This document shows positions 1 through 12,300 of a stretch of 64,000 bases of DNA, piece by piece. The notes beneath the pieces were generated by a model. It did not search any database and was not told the origin of the DNA. It was given only the letters and a program-made list of their open reading frames with translations. How positions within the stretch are numbered: position 1 is the stretch's first letter; each line of letters starts with the position of its first letter. The position numbers and the translations under genes are program-made. The stretch is from Hydrolagus affinis (lineage: Eukaryota): positions 62,001-126,000 of the forward strand of contig JAAILG010000022.1 in the NCBI GenBank assembly GCA_012026655.1, in the 5' to 3' direction.

Positions 1-1048
1 CAGTAGGTAGACTATAGACAATAGGCACAGTCGAAGAGTAAGGTTTTACTGCTTGCTCTGGCTGAAGAGGGCATGAGTGACATGCAGAGAGGAGCTAATT
101 GAGCTGACACAGTGGGTGGTGAAGTGGGTCGGAAAGATAGGGAGGTGCCAGGATCCGAAAGGATTTGAAAACAAGTGTGAGGATGTAGAAATTGATCCCT
201 TTGGCAATAAAGAGGCAGCAGAGCTTGGCTAGGACTACAGATTTGAAAGAAATACAGTACTATCATATTTTCTGTGAACTTCTTGCCAGTAGATTAGTAA
301 TTTCCCAGCTAAAATGGATAATTTTATATGAGTGCCTTAACAGTAGTCTCAATAAATAAATAACAAACTTGTCAGAACAAGTTGTGCCATAAATAGATAT
401 TATGGTGTGCAACAGAAGAGTTAATGAGTGATAGAAATAATGCACTAAATCATCTGTTGTCTACACCTGTCAGAAAATATGTCCATGAGATTGCTATCTT
501 TATCAGTCTGGATCATCTACCTTCCACAGCTGCAGCCAGGAACTAGATCAGATCACAAACTCTCATCTATGTATCAGGTGGATATGAAATTATGTCAGGA
601 GAACTCAATAGGAAACTTTACAAAATATGTTTGCAGAACTAGATATGTATTTCTCGACTAAGCTGTTCTCTTGGCCTATTGCACTGAAAGATTCTTAAGC
701 ATCTCTCACCAGAACTATGCTCAGGTTGGTTATTGTTTTTTTAGTGGTGCTATCATGCGAGACAGGGTTTACTTCACTTTCTGAATACCAGTTGACTAAA
801 ATAATTTTACAGTACCTGTAATTTCCTCTTTAACATATATAACACTTAAGGGAAAAAAAATCTATACATAACAAGACAATAGTATGAATATATATACTGC
901 ACGACATGATTAAATATTCTTGTTATATAATTCTTCACAGATATTTGACTGAAGAACATAGGCATTAGTCAATGTTCCAAAATTTTGATTTTAATAGTAA
1001 AAAAAATTTTATGTAGAATTAATAAATGGAATGCTTGCTGTTGATTGA

Positions 1049-1215
1049 TAATAATAAGTTACATTTGATATAGCATTTTTCATGCCTTCTAGACATCTCA
1101 AAATGCTTCACAAAATATATTGTAAACTGAATTGATTGTATATTTGTGGGCAAAATGCAACAGTCAATTGCACACAGCAGTGTCCCACAAACAGTCATGG
1201 ATTGAAGTGACCAAC
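1049..1215 (-). mobile_element. SINE 3' fragment, same family
   Basis: Reverse complement of the SINE body and tail seen at 24300-24481. Confidence 0.85.
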
Positions 1216-1284
1216 TTGTTATTGTTTTTTGATGATGATGAGCATTCTGTTCAGCATCACACACCCACCTTCTATGAACCAAAA

Positions 1285-1445
1285 AATGTAGCGTATCAAG
1301 GCACTTAACTTAACAGTGGCAGAGCCTGAGTCCGAGCCTGGAGATGGAGTGTGTGACTGGGGAATGTGGCCGTAAGCATGGTAGAAGAGGTTTTTCAGGT
1401 GGGACTTGCAAAGAGGACAGATTGAGAGAGAGAGTTCTTTCATTT
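1285..1445 (-). mobile_element. L2-like 3' end, degraded
   Basis: Minus ORF contains CKSHLKNLFYHAYG, resembling the L2 ORF2 end. Confidence 0.6.
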
Positions 1446-1506
1446 CCCCAAAGAAATAAAATGTGGTACCTCAATCCACAACTGTTTATTGAACACTGTT
1501 TGTTAG

Positions 1507-1615
1507 CTCCCACAAAATATAGTCAATTCACTTCACAATACATTTTGTGAAGCACTTTGAGGCTTCTCAATTAAGTGATATTTTGCTATTTCAAATGCAA
1601 AGATTATTAATAATT
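1507..1615 (+). mobile_element. SINE 3' fragment
   Basis: AATATAGTCAATTCACTT...GTGAAGCACTTTGAG...TCAAATGCAAAGATTATT. Confidence 0.75.
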
Positions 1616-1799
1616 GTTTCTAGACTAGACATCAGGGCTATTTGGTGGACCTTGGCATGTGCAAATCTGTAGAGGCAACGAATGCACAGTAGAAACTGTC
1701 CTTTCTTATCAATGATATGATTGAAATAAATATTTAGTCGGATCCTGTCAAAGCAACTTTTTCTCAAGCAAAATCTACCTCCAGTAAGCATGAGTACAG

Positions 1800-2086
1800 T
1801 TTTTATTTTAAATGGAATTCATTATTTGCATTCTTATTTTTTTTAAAAAATGTATGTTTTTTTCTTTCCCTGATAGCAAAATGCAGATCTTCAGGCAGTA
1901 GCAATAAAAACCAAATTAACATTACAGTAGGAGGGTAGCAAATTTTTTATTTTAAATGGAATTCATTATTATTTGCATTCTTATTTTTTAAAAAAAAGTA
2001 TGTTTTTTTCTTTCCCTGATAGCAAAATGCAGATCTACAGGCAGTAGCAATGAACCAAATTAACATTACAGTAGGAGGGTAGCAAA
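1800..2086. repeat. Tandem duplication of a ~143-bp unit (2 copies)
   Basis: 1800-1942 and 1943-2086 are nearly identical, with a few indels and substitutions. Confidence 0.95.
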
Positions 2087-5000
2087 TGGTTTCATTGTCG
2101 GTGAGCCTAACTTTCTTTCAAGGAAATAAATGTTGGAAATTGTTCAATGCATGAGTGCTTTCTTATTATTTTTGCTTTAGACAAGGCAACAGCCTTCATC
2201 TGGAAGACACTGTGTGTGCACGTTTGCACAGACACTCACACTCTCACACACACACAGTGAAGACTGCGGAGAAATGCTCGTGCTCATCCTCAATGAGTGC
2301 TGCAGCACTGATTGCTAACAGGTGCACTTTGCTGTTACCCTGGTGCCAGCGAGGAGGAGGTGAGTTCCCCCCACCGCGAGCAGGCAGGTATCTCACCTGG
2401 GTGGGGGGGGGGGGGGGAAGGAACCCATCCACGAAGGTAACGAAGAGCAACAACAACAAAAATGAACTGCAAGAGTAAGCGGACACAAGTGGAGGAAGGC
2501 GACGACAACGAGAATTAAAAAAAAACAAGTTGCCTGTGTAGGTCAGTTGACAGCTTCTTAACGAAAATAGTTGGAGAGGGAGGGGAGGGAGGAAAGGGAG
2601 GGAGGGAGGAGGAAGGAGGGAGGAGGTGGAAGCTGCAGAAAATTCTCAAAGCGACAGGTTCCCACCATTGTGGCCTCGCACAATTTCCACATAATATTTT
2701 GACATGACCTGTATCTAATATATATGTATATATATAGAGATATAGATATATACCCTCTGCTTTAGCCATGTTGTATTCTATCCCTTCTTTGTTTATTTCG
2801 GGAGGAGGGGAGGAGGAGGCACTTTGTAAAGGTGCATGATGCAGGTACCGTGTGTCCTCCAGATCACTGGAGCCACTGTTCTTTGCATCTCTGTGCACCG
2901 TGTAGTCCTTTCCCACAAACTCTGCACTTATTTCCTCTCTACTCTCGGGTGTAATTTAATCCAAGTGTATCACTGACGGAAATGTTGATGCAACTCTGCG
3001 ATTGTATCTCCCGACTGACTGCCTTGTCGCTTTCGTGACAAGCAGATCCTCAACTTGCAAAGTCTTCTATTTTGACTTGAATTGGAAAGGCACGCACACC
3101 CAATGCTTCCGTCTGTATGTTTGGATGACATTCAGGTACACACGACTTTCCTTTATAATGTAACTTTTGACGAGGCTGTAAATCCACGGTTGAGGCGGTG
3201 GTAGACAACCATGACTTTATCCTTGTCTTCGGCAGACCCAGTGTTGATGTGGCCAGTTTATTCTTCCAGGATGGAAACTCTAGGGTATTTGACGCAGACG
3301 AGGCTGTCTTAATATCATCCAGAATATAAGAAATAAATGTTTGGTCAGACACACAAAAAAATAGTTGAAGCTCTAGCGGAAGGAAGCCTTCCTGAAAGGT
3401 AACAAGACCCATGAAATATCAAACGGGTCTTCAGTTTTCCGACTCCAATCATGAGGGAAAATATTGCTCACTCGCTTAAGTTTTTATTCTAGTACTTTCA
3501 ATCCAATCATCTCTCAAGAACTTAAGCTCGCATTTTCTCCAATAAGTGACTGAAGCAACATGGCCTCCTACTCTCCCATCTGGTGTGCAAGTTATTGGTA
3601 GCTGTTATTATGCTCTTCGGACCCACAGATGGGTTGGAAAATGATATTTTCCGGGGGGAATTTAAACAAAAAGTGCCGTTTGCTATCAATCCGATCCTTA
3701 CTCGGGAGCATGGGTGAAGATTTGGGCTCGAAATAGTTTTCTTTAAAATTTATTGAATCTTAATCATTCAGTTGAACAATTAATCAGGTAGTGTCGTCTT
3801 TGCTCATCAACCTGAAGGTGCCTCTAGTTTACCCTGATGCTAAACTATACTTAGCTGAACTGCAATTGGAGGAAACTAATGATGTGAGAGATAAGTCAAC
3901 CCAGGTAAGATTCTACAGAATGGTCATTTTGCAGAATTTTTCTGAAGAAAAACTAAAACTGGGTTTGGAGAGGAAAAAAAAGAAAAAACAATGTTTGGAG
4001 CTGATTGTTAACTTGATTTGAAAAAAAATACAGCAGGGCTCGATGGAAGGTCAGAATTTAAACTTGTATAGCAACATTCACAATTAAATAATCAGAGTAA
4101 ATAATTCAAAAATGACACCCGCGTAAATTAGATTTTGAGATTTTGTTAAAACCCCAACACGCATGTGAAACAAAATATTTGATTTGCGGGCGTGAAATGC
4201 GAGTGTTCATCGTAAGAAAACTGTATATTTGATCACCAATGATGTCTAAATTGCTTCATTTTTATTACGATGCAGAAATGATGATCTTTCATTAATTATT
4301 TTCAAAAATAAGATAATAACGGCTGTTGGTCTCACAAAAGCAACACATTCCAATGATTTACCTACATTGAACAAAATAGTGTTTTAGTTCGTTTCTACTT
4401 TCCTAAATGTAATTTATAACTGTCATTTTTAAATGATTACTTTCGATTATTAGTTAAAATAAATAAATCTGTTTTTAGAATCAAGATTTAATTGTAATTT
4501 TTAAAACGAGGCCAAAAATATTTAATTAAAAAGGCTAAGTATTAATAAAAAAAACTTTAAATCCAATTATACTAAACTGCGTATCCAAAATGATCCAATT
4601 TTCTTTTCTTATCGTAAATACAGTATATCCTCGGAAAAAAGCAATAAAGCTATATCACAATCAAAACATAAGTCAATGGCATTGGACAACAAGACTTAAC
4701 AAGAACTAACAAAAAAGGTTACATTTAATTTGAATTAAAATGTTGAATCAAAAAACACTTGTAGTATTTCAAATAGATGTCATCTTCTGTTGCAGTTGCA
4801 AATACTTACAATGTTTGTTAGGGTAACAGTTTCGTTGTCAGCTATAAACGTTTCGTTATATAACATGGACAAGTAAAAAGGCGGACAAGTCAAGATAGTC
4901 TTAGAAACTGTAATTCACCAGCGCGACAGAGAGCAACAATTTATTCAGTTTAGTGAAAGAAAAAGAATGTGGCTCTCTCAAACACAGCCCGCGTTTATAA

Positions 5001-6499
5001 AATCATTAGTTTATCGATGAAAAACACATACCCAATCTTAATTTGAATGTTGAATGGAGGAAGGAACCAGAAGTATTTCTACTGCCATGAAACCTACCGC
5101 AAAACAAAAGTTCAACCTATAGTTTATTGAAATCTTCGTTACGAATGTAAACGTGGAGTTCAAGGTTATTAAAGCAACGCTTTGCTTTCATAATCATTTA
5201 CAACAGCTGTGAGTCGATCATCGTGTCATATGGAACAAGTGAAACACACCTTGTAACCTTCTTTATATTGCAAGAATTAACACAGGCGATACAATGCAGT
5301 GTAGAGTAGTTTTGTGATTGTAATGACATGTTTTTTTCAGATACTAATCAAAGACGATATTAATTTTAAAAATGCACGCAAAAAACTAACTCTCACAATA
5401 ACATTTTTTATCTTGGTTGATTTTCACGAGTAGTAGTGATATTTCACTGTAACTATTTATCGTTATTTAACCGTAAAATGTGACTAATTGGCCGGTGATA
5501 ACACAATCAATTTCACCACACTCTTTAAAAAGCAGACAAAAAAATCATTTGAGTTCAGAGCTGGACTTAACAGTCTTAGAACATTTCTGGAAAATAAGAA
5601 AGGATTCAACGGAAGATGCCTTTTTTGTATATAAAATTGCAATAGCGTCAGGAAATAGACAGATATGGTAATTATTTTAAATTAGGATTAATATATTTCA
5701 CATCCAAAATTTTACTAGCCTTTCTATGCGTGCCTCCCCTCTGCTTACAAGCAATCTACGATTACTCTCATGTCAGTTGCCAAAACGACCCCACGTCCAA
5801 TATATATTCTATATGAAGTGTGTGGCAGTAAACAGCCTATATAAACGAGCTGATTACCATCCGGTGAGGGGGTGGGGGGCGGGAGGGTGAAGTGTTCCAA
5901 TTATGTGCTGTGCAAATTGATGTTTACTGAGCGATATGTAATATACATAATATATATAATATTTACTGTGTGTATATATATATATATATATTGCAAATGT
6001 TGCAAATGCAGACCCATTTGAGAATCCCGAAACAGGTTTGATATTCGCTAGATCCGAATCTGTGCCTCGCTGACTACTTATCAGAAGTTTGTTTCTCTCC
6101 TGCACAATGAATGCCCCCACCCTTGGAATGATGAGGTTAACTCACGCCAACATGTGGCTAACCGATGTCAACCTTCATTTGAGTGGAAACAAATCCACGG
6201 GTTCCTCGTTCCACCTGTGAAGAGTTTTTTTTTCCCCCAAAAAAAAACCGAGGAACGTTTGTCCCGATTGCTTATCGTGACTTGGAGTAACTACTGCGCT
6301 AGTTTTTAAGTTACTAACCACACACATACACATACACACACACACTGTAACTGTTGTACTAAATACTAACAATCTTCAGGCGATTGTAGCTTGCAACCAT
6401 AGAATAAAAATGAGTGAAATCGTTGCTTCCAGCTCCTAATGCAAAGTAAACCCACACACAACAACTATTTTAGAGGCGATGGGGAGATGTCTTTTGTGG

Positions 6500-7339
6500 C
6501 CACAATGAATTTTTCAGGAAGTGCAACTTTTTGAGTTTTTTTTGGATGGGGTGGGGGGGGTGGGGGGGGTGGGGGTGTTGTTTTCAATCGCTCATCTTGG
6601 TACTTCGTGTTCATCACTTGAAACTGCCGGCTCTGAAATATAATGTTGCTCGTGACTCAGATGGCATGAGCTGTGAGTGAAACCGTCTCTGAGAGAGTTA
6701 AATGGACCCGCAGAGTTTATGTTATTTCACACACACACACACAAGCACAAACCCTATTGCTGTGTTTCTCTTTTGGAAAACAAGAGGATGTGGTGGTGGT
6801 GTGCTTGTGAGAAAATGGCGTGCAATAACCAAATGTTTTTATTTTCCTTTCTTGTCTTCTGAAAGCTGTAACCCGAGTCTTTGTTTGGTTTTCAGTAAAG
6901 TCATGTAACCGATGATAGATATGCTACTAGTGAGAGTGTGCCTACTGCTGGTTGGACAAAACAATTACCCCACAAACTTTTTTTTGCAGACATGTATGAA
7001 TAAAATTCCTGCATACTCAAGACGTATTTTGTGTGGAAAGGTGCGGTCAGGAAGTTGAAGGGGGTGGGGGGGGGGGGAGTTTTCGAAAGTTCCACCCACT
7101 TGAAAAGGTAACTTTTTTTTAAAGAAAACAAGACCAAGCAACAGTTCAGTTCGAACCGTAGAGAAACGAGAGAGGAGCTTTGGACTAAAGGCCAACAACA
7201 TATAGATATATATATTTTTTAAAAGGCCAACTATATATATAGATAGACAGATAGATAGTCGTGAAAAAAATATCCACTTAAACCCTCTTGATACAAAAAT
7301 AAGGAACCTCCTGTGACTGGAATACGAGTTTTGATTGCA
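6500..7339 (+). promoter_or_regulatory. Probable LHX8 proximal promoter and 5'UTR
   Basis: Immediately upstream of the first coding exon; G-tracts (6548-6576, 7059-7078), CACTTGA NKX2-type motifs (~6615, ~7097) and TGACTCA (~6653). The TSS cannot be placed. Confidence 0.5.
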
Positions 7340-7420
7340 ATGTACTGGAAGAGCACTGAACTGTTTGTCTGTCGAATGGAAGGGAAAGAAAACTACACGG
7401 GGAACGAGTCTCTGGGCAAG
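7340..7420 (+). CDS. LHX8: LHX8 coding exon 1 ([27 protein letters not shown])
   Basis: ATG at 7340, 27 codons, strong donor AAG|GTAAGA at 7421; resembles the MYWKS...FVCKLEGKE N-terminus of vertebrate Lhx8. Confidence 0.9.
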
Positions 7421-8759
7421 GTAAGAATGGTCCGCGATCCGTTTAATGTTGTTAGAAGTGGTTAATAAAGGATAGAGGAGGGAGGGTTCCTCACAGCAAT
7501 GTCGACGTTTTTATGATACAGTATACGAATCGACTGTAAAATTTTGTTGAAACTCAAAAGGCGGATCTCACTCGGTGACATTGGTGGTTGTTTTTGTGGG
7601 GAGGGTTTCTACCTTTTGTTGGGCTTTACGTCGAGGAATGTCTAGTGTGTGGATCCCTTCTCCTAAACGGCTCAGTCCATATTCACAAAAGGAGACAGAC
7701 AGACAGACGATGGCGAGGAGGATAAGCATAAAGGCCATTTAACTTGTGGTGATATTATCCGTATCCCTGTGACCTGAAGCGGGAAGGCAAGGCAAGCTTT
7801 GACTTCCGTGGGACATTTATGGCTTGCTCTGGCCACTGGCGAGCAAGCAAGCGGTTCATCTGGTGTGTTTCACTTCAATATAAAAGTATATTAAAATGTA
7901 CAGGGATGACCGGGAGCTGGGTGGGTGGGGGTTTAATTCGGGTGAATATATTTGACGTGTGTGTGTGTTTTTTTGTTTTGCAAATACTTTTTAAGGTATT
8001 TTGAGAGCATATTCCTGGGAGCTGGTTATTAAACAGGCTACATTGGCACAGTTGCTGACACTGCATCCTAAAATTAGGATTAGCAAAAAAAAAACGCGGG
8101 TTTTGTCTCTACACACTGACAGACAAACTCTCTCGTTGGAAATAACATTTAATATAGGTCACATCGATGATGGTGACTTGACGAACTAAATAACGACAAT
8201 CAACACTGCCCCCTCCTTATTGCTGCAATAGAAAATCCTAAACGCTCAACGATAAAATAAATACACTACGAACAGATATTTGTTAAAAATCCTTTAAATC
8301 AACGTTGGCTTTAGTAAATATGTGCGACTGTGTGTGTGTGTTTTGGTGGTGGGGGGAGGGTTGGTGGGGGGGAGGGAACTCTGTTTGATTTTCTGACCTT
8401 TAATTAGGAAAGGATTTGGCCAGGACCATGTGTGAAGTGGTGGTTTGTCAACGTGAATCACCTGCACCAGTAATTGTTCTTTTTTTCCTCTCTTTAAATT
8501 GTCAATCGAACAAACATTCGCTCAGCGAATCGGCTGTAATTATCTTTCAAGTGGCTCCATTAAACCTCTTCAACTCGAGGTTACCCTGTGAAATGCGTTT
8601 GGAGTGGGGAGGGGAGGGCTTGTTTTAATTGTTACTACAAAATCAATTTGCCCTTTTCCCACCGACTCCCAACCTGATTTTGATTGACGTTAGCAATTGA
8701 TCTGTGCGGATGAAAAGCTTTATGAAAACCAGGGTAAAGAACGAGAAAACGGTCTCTCT

Positions 8760-8790
<31 letters not shown>

Positions 8791-9318
8791 CATATATAGA
8801 TATATATAAGCGCTTCACAAAATTCAACTAACAATATGATAATGGGAGTTCACTATCGGTTCAAGTAGTTCTGTGTTTTCGTTAAAGGAGTCTAGGGTAT
8901 TTACTATCCAAATTGCATCTTAATAATCACCCAAAAAAAAGCGTTGTCATAGTGAACAAGCAAAGTGGTGGAAATTATTCACTGGTTTGTAGATGGTTTA
9001 AAAGGCTGCCACACACACACACGCGCGCACACAATAAAAAATAGAAAACGAGCGAGCAATTCACAAAGTGGCTGTGAAATACGTGGAAACCCTATTATTA
9101 TTTTTTTTTACTAATGTTTGAAAGTCATGTCTGAAGATTGTGGCGACTCTGTTCCTTTCGGGGGGAATAAAACGCCGCCGAGGTTCGCTTCCAGTTCGGT
9201 ACAAAGTAATAAATACTTCATCATCCAATGTCCGTCAGTCTGTCTGTCTGTCAGTCTGTTTGTCAGTCTGTCTCACTCACTCGATTTCCAACGGGTTTGC
9301 TCGGGCGTATTTAACTTT

Positions 9319-9357
<39 letters not shown>

Positions 9358-12300
9358 CTCAGATTAATCCCGAGAAAGTTTTCAAAGAAAAATCCTGCTC
9401 CCCAGTCACGGCAGGATCTCCGCCCTTCTCCCCGCAATCCATGGCATCTTCAGGGACTGAGAAAAACATCTGTAACAGCTGTGCCTTGGAAATCGTGGAC
9501 CGATACCTCCTTAAGGTGAGAGAGTATCGAAGCGCCTTCCTGAGAGAGAGAGATATAGAGAGAGATAGATGTACAATAAATGTTGTTGAACTTGGGAAAT
9601 GTATTTTCACAACCGTGCCAGCCTCAAACTTTTGGATTAAACATGAATCGATGTAATCTCGGGCATGCAGTCTCATATTTTACTGTCATGTATATCACAA
9701 TGAACTATTGATTTTCTATTTTTTTTAAAAAAAATTATTATGATTATTATTACGCTCTCGGGTGAGAATTCTTTTAGACCGTGGTTTTTGGTCAAAAAGT
9801 ATTTTTTTTGTGAACAATCAAAGAAATTCGATACGAAATGTCTCAACTGGTTAAAAGTTTTAGAGTTTGCGAATGTGGTCGTGTACATTATAAAGCTTTG
9901 CTGCATCTAAAAATGCAACTGACTCGAGCCTTCATTTAAACCCTGCGTACAGTGAAGTGTTTTTTTTTGTCTTATCGGGTCATTCCCAAACCACGGGATT
10001 TGATTGTGTGCATGTCTCCCGCTGTTTCGTGCTCTTTTTTTTTGATTGATTGGTTTTCTAGACTTGTCTTTAAAGGTTCAACACGACGTGAAAACGATCA
10101 GTGTAGCCCACTCTAGCCTTTAGCCCGAGATTAAAATCGGTTCTGATGAACTGCGATCTCTTTTTATTTCTCTCTCTCTCTCTCTACCCACCCCCCCCCC
10201 TCACACACACACACCCCGCACCTTGCAAAATATGTATTAAATATACAGTATAAACNNNNNNNNNNNNNNNNNNNNNNNNNNNNNNNNNNNNNNNNNNNNN
10301 NNNNNNNNNNNNNNNNNNNNNNNNNNNNNNNNNNNNNNNNNNNNNNNNNNNNNNNTTCCTCCCTCCCTCTTTATAAACTGAACATTGATTTTTGCTTGAA
10401 ATATAACCGTCGTATTTGCTGTGTGAGCATGAAGACGCCTAGTGATTTCTGCAGCAATTACGCTGCCATTTGGTTTTGAAATAACCTTATAAGTTTTGCT
10501 AAAGTCTACGGTTCTGATGTTTGAATGGCTTTATGTTCCCCCGTGTTGCTATTATAGTTGTGTTGATGACTTGTCTGCCAAACCAGAAACCATTCTTTTA
10601 TTGGTGTTGAATGATTAATGTGTATATATATATATTTATAGAGTATATATTTTTCTCTCCCCCTCCCTGTGTAGGTAAACGGGTTGTGCTGGCATGTCCG
10701 CTGTCTGGCCTGCAGTGTGTGTAGAACTTCTTTAGGAAAGGACAGCAGTTGCTACATCAAGGACCAAGAAATATTTTGCAAATTTGATTATTTCAGGTAA
10801 CGCACTAATTTTCGAGCTTTCGGAATGAAGAGTTGATTTTAATCTTCTTAACGCTTTTTGGCCAAAGTGTGAAATTGCATTCTCTTATGTTTGTGTCGGC
10901 CTAATGCTGCAGATCGATTGTTTCCTACGTACAGTACCGCCCGATAACCTATCAAAACTAAACAATAACCAACAAGCAAAGGGCTCATTTCATTCAGAAT
11001 CTCGAGGTTTTAATGGACGAACTCCGCACAATATTTATGTTCTGATTTTTTTTAAAAAAACAAAAGAGGAAATGTTTTTAAATGATTTTCTGAATGGAAA
11101 AACGTGTTAAATCAATACACGTTGTATTGATTTCATTAGCAGCCTCTGTGCATTTGATGTATCTGTCAGGCAACAAGTAAACGCTACACCTTGTGAGGTT
11201 ACAATAGGAAACAGCTGTTTGTGGAGCTGCAATTTACAACCGGTTAAATCGGTCCATTCAAACCTCTCCGGTTAAATCGGTCCATTCAAACCTCTTTCAA
11301 TCAATTTACGGCAGAGCAATGTTTTAACGCTAAGCGGTGCACAAGATTAACCCCAATATAATTTGCAAACCACGCTATTCAATGCCAGAAACCCGAATTC
11401 ACTGGACCTGTTTGGCGTTGGTTGGGTTTATTGCAAGTTTGGGAAGATAGTGCCACAAAACTCGGGAACATAAATGATCATTGGTTCACTTTCCATCCTG
11501 GAATGTAAAAATGGACGAGGGATGGATGGGGGAGTTGGGGAGGAGGAGGAGGAGGCGTCAATATATGAGCGGCCACCAAAACAACTGATGATGCCGGGAT
11601 CCGGCAAAAAAAAATGACACCTTGGGATTTTCACATAATCCTTTCTCTTTCCACCCAACCACCCACTCACTCTCGTGGCAGTAGCTTTAGGAAACGGAAA
11701 ATGCAAACGCAGACTCATTTGTGTTGTACAAAATTCCGATGAAAAAAAAATTCGGGAGAGAATATTTCATTGGTTTTGCCTGAAAAATTGATTGTGTGTT
11801 TTGTTTTGTTTTGTTTTTTTTAAAATTGCCCAAAGTATTCAGGTAGAACTCGTTCGTGTTTGTGTTTTTGTGCGGTTGTTGTTTCGGTCTCTTAACTGCA
11901 AACTTGCCGCGGGGTGCAATGCTCTATACACATCTCCTCCTCTATACTCTCATTAGTACAAGGTGTTGTGTGGTTTTGTTTGACAGGCGCTATGGCACTC
12001 GCTGTTCTCGCTGTGGCCGTCACATTCACTCAACAGACTGGGTCCGCAGGGCTAAAGGCAACGTGTATCACCTGGCTTGTTTCGCCTGTTTCTCCTGTAA
12101 GAGGCAACTCTCGACAGGCGAGGAGTTCGCTTTGGTGGAAGAAAAGGTTCTCTGTCGGATACACTATGACTGTATGTTAGAAAACCTGAAAAGAGCGGCC
12201 GAAAACGGTAATAATTTCATTCGTTAATCCCCAAAGTTTGCGCCTTTTTTTTCTGCTCTAAAAAAATTAAATTAAGTGACACAAACTTTTGTTTAAAAAA

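Noticed and set aside
12-266. 84-aa minus ORF at the window start as a gene
   Set aside because: Probably a decayed LINE fragment; no splice or homology support that I can verify.
3200-3290. LATSTLGLPKTRIKSW as a homeodomain helix 2-3 remnant
   Set aside because: Lacks the WFxNxR core; the resemblance is superficial.
1800-11295. CRISPR-like or other prokaryotic arrays suggested by short direct repeats
   Set aside because: The repeats are simple two-copy duplications without spacers, in clearly vertebrate DNA.
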